DNA from: Syntrophales bacterium
GTDB lineage: Bacteria; Desulfobacterota; Syntrophia; Syntrophales; UBA8958
DNA length: 64,000 bases
Reading direction: 5' to 3'
NCBI GenBank assembly: GCA_035448805.1
Contig: DAOTJR010000012.1
Location: 1,906-65,905, forward strand
Each line of letters opens with the position of its first letter. The first letter of the stretch is position 1. The notes under the pieces are model-generated. The model searched no databases, was not told the DNA's origin, and saw nothing but the letters and a program-made list of their open reading frames with translations. Of the stretch, positions 28,378-38,484 are shown piece by piece. Both the position numbers and the translations under genes were made by a program.

Positions 28378-30266
28378 TTGAACTCCTTGAGCGTTGGTCG
28401 GTATGCTGACGGGACGACTGTAGCGGGGAAGGGGATCCGGAGATGATAGACACCGTATTCCATGACGGCCTCGATAGGCAGGCCTGTCTTCTCAAAGACC
28501 TTGATGATGGCCTTGTTGTCGGCGAGTACGTCGGCGGTGAATCCCCGGAGACCTTTCCTGCGGGCCACGGTAATCAGCGTTTGCAGCAGAAAAGAGGCGA
28601 TCCCGCTTCCCTGGTAGGATTCTTCGACGACGAAGGCGGTATCGCCGTAGGAGTCATCCTCCCGGCGCACATATCTCCCCTCGGCGACGATGCGCTGGAT
28701 TCCCCCTTCTTCCACGATGCCGACGAGGGACATGGTCCGTCGATAGTCGATATTTACGTATTCCTGCATCTTTTCATGGGGCATTGCCTTGAGTTCGCTG
28801 AAGTAGCGATAATAAATGGTGCGATCGGAAAAACGGTAGAACAGGCGCCGCATCTCCTCTTCGTCCGACGGTTTGATGGCGCGGAAGTGGAGGCGCCGGC
28901 CGTCTTTCAAAGTGTAATCGGCAGCGATATCGTAAGGATACATAGCCCCCGACGCCGACAGATAGATCTGGTCGGGAAAGAGGATGTGGTTTTCCCGGGC
29001 CTGCCGGACGAGTTCCGGACGGTCTGCGGGGTGGGCGATATCGATGAGGGCCTGGGCCCTCTCCCGGACCGTACGTCCGTTCAGGGAGGCGATTCCGTAT
29101 TCGGTGACGATGAGATCCAGGGCCTCGCGGTTGCTGAAGAGATGGGGATAAGCCCCGGCGCTGATGAGGATATTGCTTTCGCCGCTGCGGTTGCGGCTGG
29201 GGAGGGCGAAGACGGCACGCCCGCCCCGGGAATGGAGCGCCCCGGAGAAGAATTCCTCCGCCTGCCCCGGACCGCCGACGCTACCCCGTCCGGCATGGAG
29301 GACGACATTGCCCGTCAAATCTATCTTCCGGGCCGGGAGGATGGCGACCATCCCATCGTTGAGACTGATGCGGAAGTGGTCGGAGACGATGTCGATGCCT
29401 TGAAATTCCACCCGGGGGTTGTCATGGAGCCATTTCATGAGTTCCCGGGTTCCCAAGGCATAGGAGGTGAGGGACTTGTCCCGGAAGTATCCTTTTCTCC
29501 TGTTGGTTACGGTACCGCATTCGACCAGGTCCATGAGGGCGTCGGTGAAGAAGAAGGTGTGAACTCCCAAGTCCCTTTTGGATGTCAATTTCTTTGCCAG
29601 GGCCTCGAAAAGGGCCCCGGGGTAGAAGGACAGACAGGCGCCGTCGGCGATCACCGCGGCGACCTGGGCGGCCACCCGTTCCAAAACCGCGTCTACGGGT
29701 GGACGGGGCAGGTAGATCAGCGGTTCCGAGGCGTTCACGAAAAGATCGAATTCGCGGGCGTGCACGAAGGTGTTGCCCATCGTTCTGGGGACTGACGCAT
29801 TGATTTCCCCTACCACCAGCGACGCCTTTTCCATGGCATACCCGGCAACATCCACGGCCAATCCCAGACTGGCAAAACCGGCTTCGTCAAAGGGGGAAAT
29901 CTGAATGAACGCCGCATCCACCCGGATCGCTCCGGATTCGATAAGGGCGGGAATTCTGGATATCCGGCTGGGGATCAGATCCACCGCCCCGGAGGTTATG
30001 GCCTCCCCGGCCGGCCAGCCCGAGTAGAAGGTCTTGAGGCGGAATTGACCCGGCCGGGCCCGGGTCTGGAAGGCGAGGGCATCGCCGATGCTCACCAGTT
30101 GGATGAGTTCCAGATCGGTCAGATTGTTGTGCGCCGAGGAGAGAAGGGCCTTGGTCAGCGTCCGTGGTTCCGCCGCGCCGGTGCCGATAAAGATGCTCAT
30201 ACCCGGCCGGAGGCGTGCCATGACCTCGGCGGGGGAGACCGTCTTGGCGATGATCTCTGATTTCAT
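28374..30266 (-). CDS. Acetyl-CoA hydrolase/transferase domain fused to a C-terminal Pat-like GNAT acyltransferase (paralog 2)
   Basis: IFIGTGAAEP, VDLIPSRIS, IVTEYGIA, IDIAHPADR; FRAIKPSDEEEMRRLFYRFS...YQGSGIAS...ADVLADNKAIIKVFEK. Confidence 0.9.
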   Translation of the reverse strand: MKSEIIAKTVSPAEVMARLRPGMSIFIGTGAAEPRTLTKALLSSAHNNLTDLELIQLVSIGDALAFQTRARPGQFRLKTFYSGWPAGEAITSGAVDLIPSRISRIPALIESGAIRVDAAFIQISPFDEAGFASLGLAVDVAGYAMEKASLVVGEINASVPRTMGNTFVHAREFDLFVNASEPLIYLPRPPVDAVLERVAAQVAAVIADGACLSFYPGALFEALAKKLTSKRDLGVHTFFFTDALMDLVECGTVTNRRKGYFRDKSLTSYALGTRELMKWLHDNPRVEFQGIDIVSDHFRISLNDGMVAILPARKIDLTGNVVLHAGRGSVGGPGQAEEFFSGALHSRGGRAVFALPSRNRSGESNILISAGAYPHLFSNREALDLIVTEYGIASLNGRTVRERAQALIDIAHPADRPELVRQARENHILFPDQIYLSASGAMYPYDIAADYTLKDGRRLHFRAIKPSDEEEMRRLFYRFSDRTIYYRYFSELKAMPHEKMQEYVNIDYRRTMSLVGIVEEGGIQRIVAEGRYVRREDDSYGDTAFVVEESYQGSGIASFLLQTLITVARRKGLRGFTADVLADNKAIIKVFEKTGLPIEAVMEYGVYHLRIPFPATVVPSAYRPTLKEFN

Positions 30267-30415
30267 GACCGCAATCGACCACCCTTTGAAATGCCCGCAA
30301 AGGTATGGCGAACCGCGGAGAATGTCAAGTCAAAAGGAACCGCTTGACGGCGGGGCGACGAGTGTATTAGACACATCCTCCACATCCGTGAGAATCACCT
30401 AAAGGAGAAACACAT

Positions 30416-31738
30416 ATGATTCCCCGCTATTCCCGAGAAAAAATGGCGCAAATCTGGAGTCCCGAACATCGCTATCGGAAGTGGCTCGACATCGAGATCC
30501 TGGCCTGTGAGGCCATGAACAAGCTGGGGCTCGTTCCCGATCACTCCCTGAGGGTCATCAAGGAAAAGGCCGGCTTCGACGTGGCACGGATCGACGAGAT
30601 CGAAAGGACGACGAAGCACGACGTTATCGCCTTTCTCACTTCCGTGACGGAAAAAGTGGGTCCCGACGGCCGGTTCATTCATATGGGCTTGACCTCCTCG
30701 GATATCCTGGATACCTCTCTGGCCTGTCTTCTCCGGGAGGCCGCCGACATCCTCCTGGAGGATCTGGACGCGCTGCTGGCGGTCCTGAAGCGATGCGCCC
30801 GGGAACATAAGCATACCATCATGATCGGCCGTTCTCATGGCATTCACGCCGAGCCGATCACCTGGGGATTGAAACTTGCCAATTGGTACGGGGAAATGCG
30901 GAGGAACAGGGAGCGACTCCTCCGGGCCCGTGAGGTGGTCAGTGCCGGTAAGATCGCCGGTGCCGTGGGCACTTTTTCCTTCATCGATCCCTTTGTCGAG
31001 GAATACGTCTGTGCCCGCCTCGGTCTGCAGCCGGCCCCCGTGTCCTCCCAGATCGTCCAGCGGGATCGCCATGCCGAATATTTTGCCGTTCTGGCCATCA
31101 TCGCCTCTTCCCTGGATAAATTCGCCCAGGAGATCAGGCTCCTCCAGAGGACGGAAGTCCGGGAGGCGGAAGAATATTTTTCCCCCGGCCAGAAGGGTTC
31201 TTCCGCCATGCCCCACAAACGGAATCCCGTGCTTTCGGAAAATATCTCGGGCCTGGCGCGGCTCATACGTTCCTATGCCGTGGCGGCCCTGGAGGACATC
31301 CCCCTGTGGCATGAACGGGACATCAGCCATTCGTCGGTGGAACGGGTCATCGGTCCCGATGCCACAATCCTGCTGGATTTCATGCTTGTCCGCTTTACCG
31401 GGATGATGGATAAACTGGTCGTCTATCCGGAGCGGATGCTGGCCAATCTGCAGATGACTCACGGCGTTATATACTCGCAGATGGTCCTCCTGAAGCTGAT
31501 TGCCAAGGGGATGACCCGGGAGGATGCCTATGCCCTCGTCCAGCGTCAGGCGATGCGCGCCTGGGAGGAAGGCAGGGAGTTCCGGGAACTGTTGCTGGCA
31601 GACCCGCAGGCGCGGTCCTTTCTCGACGAGCGGGAGATAGCGGACCTCTTCCGTACGGAAAACTTTTTGGGGCGGGTGGATTTCATCTTCCGGCGGGTTT
31701 TCGGCGCAGAGGAGGAAAATGTTTTGGCCGCTGATTGA
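30416..31738 (+). CDS. purB: Adenylosuccinate lyase
   Basis: MIPRYSR, TKHDVIAF, GRSHGIHAEP, GSSAMPHKRNP, LWHERDISHSS. Confidence 0.98.
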   Translation: MIPRYSREKMAQIWSPEHRYRKWLDIEILACEAMNKLGLVPDHSLRVIKEKAGFDVARIDEIERTTKHDVIAFLTSVTEKVGPDGRFIHMGLTSSDILDTSLACLLREAADILLEDLDALLAVLKRCAREHKHTIMIGRSHGIHAEPITWGLKLANWYGEMRRNRERLLRAREVVSAGKIAGAVGTFSFIDPFVEEYVCARLGLQPAPVSSQIVQRDRHAEYFAVLAIIASSLDKFAQEIRLLQRTEVREAEEYFSPGQKGSSAMPHKRNPVLSENISGLARLIRSYAVAALEDIPLWHERDISHSSVERVIGPDATILLDFMLVRFTGMMDKLVVYPERMLANLQMTHGVIYSQMVLLKLIAKGMTREDAYALVQRQAMRAWEEGREFRELLLADPQARSFLDEREIADLFRTENFLGRVDFIFRRVFGAEEENVLAAD

Positions 31739-31825
31739 GGGACGGGGCAACACCTTTAGCGACCGCCGGGCCGGAGGGATTATCGGTTTTTCCCCGGACC
31801 GATAGACAAAATCAGGTAAAAGGCG

Positions 31826-32455
31826 ATGAAAATCAGGTATATATGTTTTGGAGCTTTACTGGTCTTTACCCTTGCGGGGTGCGCTTATGTCCAGGGTTAT
31901 CTCGACATGGCGAAGGAGCGGGGGATATCCGAGGAATACAACCGGAGCCTCCGCGCCTGGACGCGGGAAATGACGGCGCACTCCCAGTTGGAAACGAGGT
32001 TCCATATCAGCGCCACCTACCGGTCCCCGGCCTTCAACGCGGCCCTGCTCAAGGAACAGGCCCGGGTGCGCCAGTGGCCGGAAGCACGGGTAAAAGAGCA
32101 GGGGGAGGTATGGCTCCAGAACATGACCCCGTACCGGGAGTTCCTCGTCTATGTCTACACGAGTGACCGGGAAGCCAATGACTTCGACCGCCGCGGTTCG
32201 ATCTGGAGCGTCTTTCTCAAGGACGGCCGGGGGAAACAGACAGAGCCGGTGGAGATAAGAGGGGTGGAGCGGATCACCGCCGAGATGGAGGCCTTTTTCC
32301 CCTTCATCAACAAATATTACGGCCGGTGTTACCTCATGAAGTTTCCCGCCGGGGAGGAACAGGCAGAACTGCAGCTGGTCTTTGCCAGCGTGCTGGGACG
32401 GGTCGCCCTGCAGTGGGAGGCCGCCGGTCCGTCACCGGTCGCGCCGCGACGATAA
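31826..32455 (+). CDS. Hypothetical lipoprotein
   Basis: Lipobox LAGC after a basic/hydrophobic signal peptide. Confidence 0.7.
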   Translation: MKIRYICFGALLVFTLAGCAYVQGYLDMAKERGISEEYNRSLRAWTREMTAHSQLETRFHISATYRSPAFNAALLKEQARVRQWPEARVKEQGEVWLQNMTPYREFLVYVYTSDREANDFDRRGSIWSVFLKDGRGKQTEPVEIRGVERITAEMEAFFPFINKYYGRCYLMKFPAGEEQAELQLVFASVLGRVALQWEAAGPSPVAPRR

Positions 32456-32459
32456 GAGG

Positions 32460-34067
32460 CTATTCCTTCTTGATGACGGTATCCCGGCGCCAGTTAGCGT
32501 CGTCACGGTACGGAAAATCGATATTGTAATGCAAACCCCTGCTTTCCTTACGCATCCGGGCGCAGCGGATAATGACAGCCGCGACCGTGGCGATGTTGCG
32601 CAGCTCGAGAAGATCACGGGTGACGATAAAATTCCGATAATAATCATCGATTTCTCTCGCGATCAGATCGATGCGGCGGTCGGCCCTTTCCAGACGCTTG
32701 TCGGAGCGGACGATGCCCACGTAATGCCACATGCAGCGCCTGATTTCGTCCCAGTTATGGGAGACGACAATGGACTCGTCGCTTTCCGTCGCCCCCCGGG
32801 GGTCCCAGGGTGGGATGTCGATGGCGTCCTCCGTGGCGAGATCCGCCACCTCCTGCAACCTCAGGAAGGCACGATGGGCAAAGACGACCGCCTCGAGGAG
32901 GGAATTGCTTGCAAGGCGGTTGGCGCCGTGGAGACCGGTGCAGGAAACTTCGCCAAAGGCATAGAGGCGATCGATGCTCGTTTCCCCGTGCTGATTGACC
33001 TGCACGCCGCCGCAGAGATAGTGGGCGGCGGGAACTACCGGGATGGGATCCTTCGTCATGTCGATGCCGTAGAGCAGACATTTTTCGTATATGTTGGGAA
33101 ACCGGGACTTGACGAAGTCGCGGTCCTTGTGGGTGATATCCAGCAGGACATATTCTTCGCCGGATTTCTTCAACTCCGTATCGATGGCCTTGGCTACCAC
33201 GTCCCGGGGGGCCAGGCTCTTCATGGGATGATACTTCTCCATGAAGGTCTCGCCGTTTTTCAACCGCAGGATCGCCCCTTCGCCCCGTACCGCCTCGCTG
33301 ATCAGGAATGACTTGGCATCGGGGTGATAAAGGCAGGTGGGGTGAAACTGGATAAATTCCATATTGGCGATGCGAGCCCCGGCCCGGTAGGCCATGGCGA
33401 TGCCGTCGCCCGTGGCGATATCGGGGTTCGTGGTCACCAGATAAACCTTGCCGCAGCCGCCCGTGGCCAGAATGACATACTTGGCCCGGAAGGTATGGAT
33501 GCGGTTGTTGTGAAAATCGAGGACATAGGCGCCGAGACAGCGGTTGGCCGCCGGGTCTTCGCTCCCCGTGAGGACCGATTCCATAATCAGGTCGATGGCG
33601 ATGAAATTTTCGTAGATATGGACGGAGCGTTTGCGGCTGACGTGCTCATTGAGGGCCCTTTCGATCTCCCGGCCCGTCAGATCCTTGGCATGGAGGACCC
33701 GCCGGCGGGAGTGACCGCCCTCCCGGCCCAGGTCGTACCGGCAGCCGTCACCGCTTTCCCGGCGGGTGAAATTCACCCCCCAATGTACCAGTTCCTCGAT
33801 TCGCGCCGGCCCTTCTTCCACGACAAAGCGGACGACCTCTTCCTTGCAGAGATCGGCACCGCAGGCAAGGGTGTCGCTGATATGGGATTCGAAACTGTCG
33901 TCGTCGTCCTGGACGGCGGCGATGCCCCCCTGAGCGTAATTGGTGCTCGAATCGAATTTTCCCTTCTTGGTGACGATGGCCACCGTCCCGAGTTCCGCCG
34001 CTTTGATGGCGAAGCTCAGACCGGCGATGCCGCTGCCGAGGACGAGAAAATCTGTCTGGATCTCCAT
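32460..34067 (-). CDS. nadB: L-aspartate oxidase
   Basis: GSGIAG, STNYAQGGIA, REGGHS, QFHPT, SEAVRGEG, AAHYLCGG, GLHGANRLASNSLLE. Confidence 0.97.
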   Translation of the reverse strand: MEIQTDFLVLGSGIAGLSFAIKAAELGTVAIVTKKGKFDSSTNYAQGGIAAVQDDDDSFESHISDTLACGADLCKEEVVRFVVEEGPARIEELVHWGVNFTRRESGDGCRYDLGREGGHSRRRVLHAKDLTGREIERALNEHVSRKRSVHIYENFIAIDLIMESVLTGSEDPAANRCLGAYVLDFHNNRIHTFRAKYVILATGGCGKVYLVTTNPDIATGDGIAMAYRAGARIANMEFIQFHPTCLYHPDAKSFLISEAVRGEGAILRLKNGETFMEKYHPMKSLAPRDVVAKAIDTELKKSGEEYVLLDITHKDRDFVKSRFPNIYEKCLLYGIDMTKDPIPVVPAAHYLCGGVQVNQHGETSIDRLYAFGEVSCTGLHGANRLASNSLLEAVVFAHRAFLRLQEVADLATEDAIDIPPWDPRGATESDESIVVSHNWDEIRRCMWHYVGIVRSDKRLERADRRIDLIAREIDDYYRNFIVTRDLLELRNIATVAAVIIRCARMRKESRGLHYNIDFPYRDDANWRRDTVIKKE

Positions 34068-34160
34068 AGCGGGCCTGGCCTCAAAAGATATTTACAACAA
34101 CTGGAAGATTCTATATAGCTTTTATCCGGGTTTGTAAAAGGAAAATCTGCGGGAGGTTGC

Positions 34161-35168
34161 ATGCTGGTTTTGGGAATCGAGTCGTCCTGTGACGAGACGG
34201 CGGCGGCCGTCGTCCGGGACGGAAAACAGGTATTGGCCAACGTCATTGCCTCACAGGTAAAGGTCCACGGCAAGTACGGCGGCGTGGTTCCGGAAATAGC
34301 CTCACGGAAACATACGGAGGCCATTGTGCCGGTGATCCTCCAGGCCCTGGGTGAAGCCGGCATCACCCTGAACGATATCGAGGGGATCGCCGTCACCAGG
34401 GGTCCGGGCTTGATCGGATCGCTGCTGGTCGGCCTGTCCGCCGCCAAAGCCATCGCCTTTGCCAGGGACCTGCCCCTGGTGGGGGTCAATCATCTCAGCG
34501 GTCATATCGCCGCCGCCATGCTTCTGGAACCGCCTCCCCCGCTCCCCTTTGTGGCGCTTGTCGTCTCGGGCGGACACACCAACATCTATCTCGTCCAGGA
34601 TTTCGGCACTTTCAAGACCCTGGGACAAACCCGGGACGACGCGGCCGGCGAGGCCTTTGACAAGGCGGCAAAATTACTGGATATCGGTTATCCCGGGGGT
34701 GTCGTTATCGACCGGCTGGCCGGGAAGGGCGATCCCGAAGCGGTATCATTCCCCCGGGCCATGCGGGACAGTCTGGATTTCAGTTTCAGCGGTGTTAAAA
34801 CCTCGTTGCTCAATATGGTGAAGAAGCAGGGACGCCTTTTTTCGGAGGTGGAGCTGCCGGATATCGTGGCCGGTTTTCAGGAGGCCATTGTGGATGTCCT
34901 GGTCCGGAAAACGCTCCTGGCCGCCGCCCGGGAAGGAGTGGACAGAGTCGTGGTCTGTGGAGGCGTGGCGGCCAACAGTCGCCTGCGGGAGCGTTTTCAT
35001 CGGGATGGGAGCCGGCAGGGCGTGACGTTATTTATCCCTCCCCCCGTTCTCTGCACGGATAATGCCGCCATGATCGCCGTGGCCGGCGAGCTGCTTTTTC
35101 AAAGCGGTCGCCGGGATCTGCCCGACATGAACGCGGTGTCGCGGTGGCCGCTGGAATTGCAACTATGA
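34161..35168 (+). CDS. tsaD: tRNA N6-threonylcarbamoyladenosine biosynthesis protein TsaD
   Basis: LGIESSCDET, GGVVPEIASRKH, NHLSGH, VSGGHT, DDAAGEAFDK, CTDNAAMIA. Confidence 0.98.
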   Translation: MLVLGIESSCDETAAAVVRDGKQVLANVIASQVKVHGKYGGVVPEIASRKHTEAIVPVILQALGEAGITLNDIEGIAVTRGPGLIGSLLVGLSAAKAIAFARDLPLVGVNHLSGHIAAAMLLEPPPPLPFVALVVSGGHTNIYLVQDFGTFKTLGQTRDDAAGEAFDKAAKLLDIGYPGGVVIDRLAGKGDPEAVSFPRAMRDSLDFSFSGVKTSLLNMVKKQGRLFSEVELPDIVAGFQEAIVDVLVRKTLLAAAREGVDRVVVCGGVAANSRLRERFHRDGSRQGVTLFIPPPVLCTDNAAMIAVAGELLFQSGRRDLPDMNAVSRWPLELQL

Positions 35169-35617
35169 ACCTGATCAAAAGGCGCCTCCGGGAGTTTCAC
35201 GCCCGTTTCCTCAGTCTCCGGGGAGAGCCGGGTCATATCGCCATGGGGACGGCCATCGGCGTCTTTATCGGCGTCACCCCGACCATTCCTCTGCACACGG
35301 TGCTGATCATAGCGGTCGGGGTCCTTTTCAAGCAAAACATCACCGCCGGTTATCTCGGTTCCTGGCTGATCTCCAATCCCCTCACCATTCCCGTGTTCTA
35401 CTTTTGCCAATATGAACTGGGGCGGCTGCTCCTGGGCATCCAGGCCGGCGCCTGGGTCATGCCGGAGCTGACCTGGACCGGAATGATGTGTATCGGCCGG
35501 CATATCCTCCTTCCCCTCTTGGTCGGGGGGCTGGTAACGGCGCCGTTTTTTGCCGTCCCCGCCTATTTCCTCACCCGCCGGCTGGCGGTGGCGATCCGGG
35601 AAAGGGAAATGCCTTGA
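35165..35617 (+). CDS. DUF2062 family membrane protein
   Basis: IAMGTAIGVFIGVTP...SNPLTIP; ATGA overlap with tsaD. Confidence 0.8.
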   Translation: MNLIKRRLREFHARFLSLRGEPGHIAMGTAIGVFIGVTPTIPLHTVLIIAVGVLFKQNITAGYLGSWLISNPLTIPVFYFCQYELGRLLLGIQAGAWVMPELTWTGMMCIGRHILLPLLVGGLVTAPFFAVPAYFLTRRLAVAIREREMP

Positions 35618-36558
35618 TCCCCGCCGGGAGGCTCCTCAGAGATCATCGTGTGCGGCCCCGGCGCGGTTTGAGTCAGTCGTTTCTCCGGGACGACAACGTA
35701 GCCCGGAAGATCGTTACGGCAGCGGCGTTGCAAAAAAGCGACGTGGTGCTGGAGATAGGTTCCGGTCACGGTATCCTCACCCGACTTATCGCCCCGCGGA
35801 GCAGGAAGGTCCTGGCCGTGGAAATCGACCCGGAACTGGTCGCCGTCCTGGAAGATGCATGCGGGGGGATGGACAATGTCCGCATCCTGGCCGGTGATAT
35901 CCTGAAAATGGATCTGTTTTCCCTCGCCGCGGCTTATCCCGGAGCAAGACTCCGGGTCATCGGTAATATCCCCTACGGGATCGCCACGGAAATCCTTTTC
36001 CTCCTCCTGGCGCAGCGCCGGGTGATCGCCGGGGCGGTGATCATGGTTCAGAAAGAACTCGCCGAGCGTCTGACCGCCGGTCCGGGGACGAAAGCATACG
36101 GCATCCCGACAGTGCTGCTGGCCATGCATGCCCGCATAGAACATCTGTTCGATGTCCCGCCAAGCTGCTTTTATCCCCGTCCCCGCGTGATGTCCGCGGT
36201 CATTTCTCTGACATTTCTTGAACATCCCCTGGTGGCGCTGGCCGATGAGGAGCATTTTGCGCGCCTTGTCCGGGCCGCTTTCGCCCAGCGCCGCAAGACC
36301 GTCTGGAACAATCTCCGCCAGGCCCCGGAAATGGGTCTGGAAAAGGACCGGCTCCGGGAGATTATGGAAAACTGCGGGATCGACGGGGAGCGGCGCGCCG
36401 AAACGCTCACCGTGACCGATCTGGGACTGTTGAGCAATGCCTTAGCGGCGGCCGCCGGCGGCCAGACGCCCGGAGATGAAAGAAGCGACAAAGGCGGCGA
36501 TGCTGAAAAAGGCGCCGACAAGGAAGGCGCTCTGGAAGGCGGCGGAAACGGCGGTTAG
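35614..36558 (+). CDS. rsmA: 16S rRNA adenine dimethyltransferase KsgA/RsmA
   Basis: GLSQSFL, VLEIGSGHG, VEIDP, GNIPY, MVQKE, AFAQRRKT; TTG start at 35614 inferred. Confidence 0.95.
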   Translation: MIPAGRLLRDHRVRPRRGLSQSFLRDDNVARKIVTAAALQKSDVVLEIGSGHGILTRLIAPRSRKVLAVEIDPELVAVLEDACGGMDNVRILAGDILKMDLFSLAAAYPGARLRVIGNIPYGIATEILFLLLAQRRVIAGAVIMVQKELAERLTAGPGTKAYGIPTVLLAMHARIEHLFDVPPSCFYPRPRVMSAVISLTFLEHPLVALADEEHFARLVRAAFAQRRKTVWNNLRQAPEMGLEKDRLREIMENCGIDGERRAETLTVTDLGLLSNALAAAAGGQTPGDERSDKGGDAEKGADKEGALEGGGNGG

Positions 36559-37902
36559 ATTTTCCGAGTCGGCCCCGGCCGGTAAATCCCGGAGGGACAA
36601 ACCGGCCGGCAGGGAATGGGAAAACATGCCTTCGAAGAGACAGACCCCCAGGACCATCCCGACATTCATGACATTGGTGTAAATCGCCGAGGCGGCGCCC
36701 TGGTTTTCCGACGGGGCCAGGGTCATGACGAGATTGTTGTTGGCCGGGAAGAAGAGGGCGTAAGCGACGGCCAGCAGGATGAGATAGACCACCACCGGTG
36801 TCAGTCCCGGCAGGGGGATGGAGACGGCGAAGACCACACAGGCCGTAGCGGCCAGCAGCATGGCGATCGTACAGAGACGGCGCGGATCGCAACGGTCGGA
36901 AAGCTTGCCCGCGTAAGGTCCGATAGGCATGTAGACAAGGGAATAGATCATCACCACGGCCCCTACATGCTCCGGGCGCAGTCCCTTGACGATCTCCAGG
37001 TAGAAGGGAACGAGGAAATTTCCCCCTGCCAGCAGCATCAGGGCCAGCAGGGTGGTGAGGGTGGCCAGGGAGAAGTTCCGGTCCCGGAAAAGCGACAGCT
37101 TCAGGATAGGATCCCGGGTACTCTTTTCCTGGAGGAAGAAGGCGGTCAGGGAAAAGAAGGCGACGGACAAGGCAGCGATGATGATCATGTTCGTCCAGCC
37201 CATACCGTTGCCCATACTCAGGGCGAATACCAGAGCGGTGAGCCCGGTGAAGCTCAGGATGGAACCGGCGATGTCGAAGGTTGGTTTTGCCGGGACGGTA
37301 GCGGCGCCGGGATCGGCGGGCAGATTCCGCCGGGCGATGATGAAGGCCGTTATCCCTACCGGAATGTTGATCAGGAAGATCCAGCGCCAGGAAAGAAAGC
37401 CGGTGATGATGCCCCCGAGGGGGGCGCCGACCATGATCCCCAGAGAATTGGCCAGGGAACAGACCCCGAAGGCCCAGCCGACGATATGCCTGGGGAGATA
37501 ACGGGGGATGCCCGCCATACCGCCGGTGATCATCATGGCGCCGCCGGCCCCCTGCAGACAGCGGGCGGCGTCCAGAAAAAGGACGGTCGGAGAAATTCCG
37601 CAGAGAAAGGAGCCGAGCGTGAAGAGCCCGTAACCGCCGACGAATATCTTCTTCAAACCGACGCGATCCACGAGTTTGCCGCAGATGAGGGTCGAACCGG
37701 TCATGACCAGCAGATAGGAGAGAACGACCCAGGATACTTCATTGGCGCCGACCTGAAAATAGCGGGCCAGGCTCGGCAGGGAGATGTTGACCACATAGCC
37801 GTCCAGGCGCACCATGAACACGGCGAAGGCGACGCTGAAGACCACCCAGCGGACCTTTTTCCTTTCCGCCCGTGTTGCCCTTTCCCCGCTCCGACTGTTC
37901 AT
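36442..37902 (-). CDS. MFS transporter, DHA2 (14-TMS) family
   Basis: MVRLDGYVVNISLP, GKLVDRVG motif A, ARCLQGAGGA, WRWIFLINIP. Confidence 0.9.
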   Translation of the reverse strand: MNSRSGERATRAERKKVRWVVFSVAFAVFMVRLDGYVVNISLPSLARYFQVGANEVSWVVLSYLLVMTGSTLICGKLVDRVGLKKIFVGGYGLFTLGSFLCGISPTVLFLDAARCLQGAGGAMMITGGMAGIPRYLPRHIVGWAFGVCSLANSLGIMVGAPLGGIITGFLSWRWIFLINIPVGITAFIIARRNLPADPGAATVPAKPTFDIAGSILSFTGLTALVFALSMGNGMGWTNMIIIAALSVAFFSLTAFFLQEKSTRDPILKLSLFRDRNFSLATLTTLLALMLLAGGNFLVPFYLEIVKGLRPEHVGAVVMIYSLVYMPIGPYAGKLSDRCDPRRLCTIAMLLAATACVVFAVSIPLPGLTPVVVYLILLAVAYALFFPANNNLVMTLAPSENQGAASAIYTNVMNVGMVLGVCLFEGMFSHSLPAGLSLRDLPAGADSENLTAVSAAFQSAFLVGAFFSIAAFVASFISGRLAAGGRR

Positions 37903-38297
37903 GCGGCGGCGATCGGCTTCACGAACACCTTGCGCAGCCGGGGTCCGTCGAACTCGCAGAAAAAGATGCCCTGCCAGGTACCCAGGGCCAAACGGCCGTT
38001 TTCGATCAGCACCGTTTCCGAGGCGCCGACCAGGGAGGCCTTGGCATGGGCCGCCGCATTGCCCTCTCCGTGCCGGTACCGGCCCTCCCGGGGAATCAGA
38101 CGGTCCAGGATGGTGATGATGTCCCTCGGAACATCGGGATCGGCGTTCTCATTGATCGTCACCGCCGCCGTGGTGTGGGCGACGAAGATGTGGCAGACGC
38201 CTTCCCGGATTTTTTCCTGCCGGAGAATCGCCTGGATCTGTCCGGTGATGTCGATAAATTCGCAGGGCGCGCCGGTTTTGATCGTCAGGATATGCAT
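37899..38297 (-). CDS. yjbQ: YjbQ/UPF0047 family protein
   Basis: HTTAAVTINENADP, GNAAAH, LGTWQGIFFCEFDGPR. Confidence 0.92.
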   Translation of the reverse strand: MHILTIKTGAPCEFIDITGQIQAILRQEKIREGVCHIFVAHTTAAVTINENADPDVPRDIITILDRLIPREGRYRHGEGNAAAHAKASLVGASETVLIENGRLALGTWQGIFFCEFDGPRLRKVFVKPIAAA

Positions 38298-38484
38298 GGC
38301 TTGTCCTTTCCTCACCGCAGAGACATCATTACTACGGAAAGGATTTTTTTTCAATCGGCGGCACCGGGAGTTGAGGGACGGGATGACAGGGGCCGCAAAA
38401 TATCGGCGACCGGGGCGTAAGCTTTTGTTGACCGTCGGTCATAAATCTGTTAAAGGGGCGACATAACTTGGCGGGAGCGACTAA

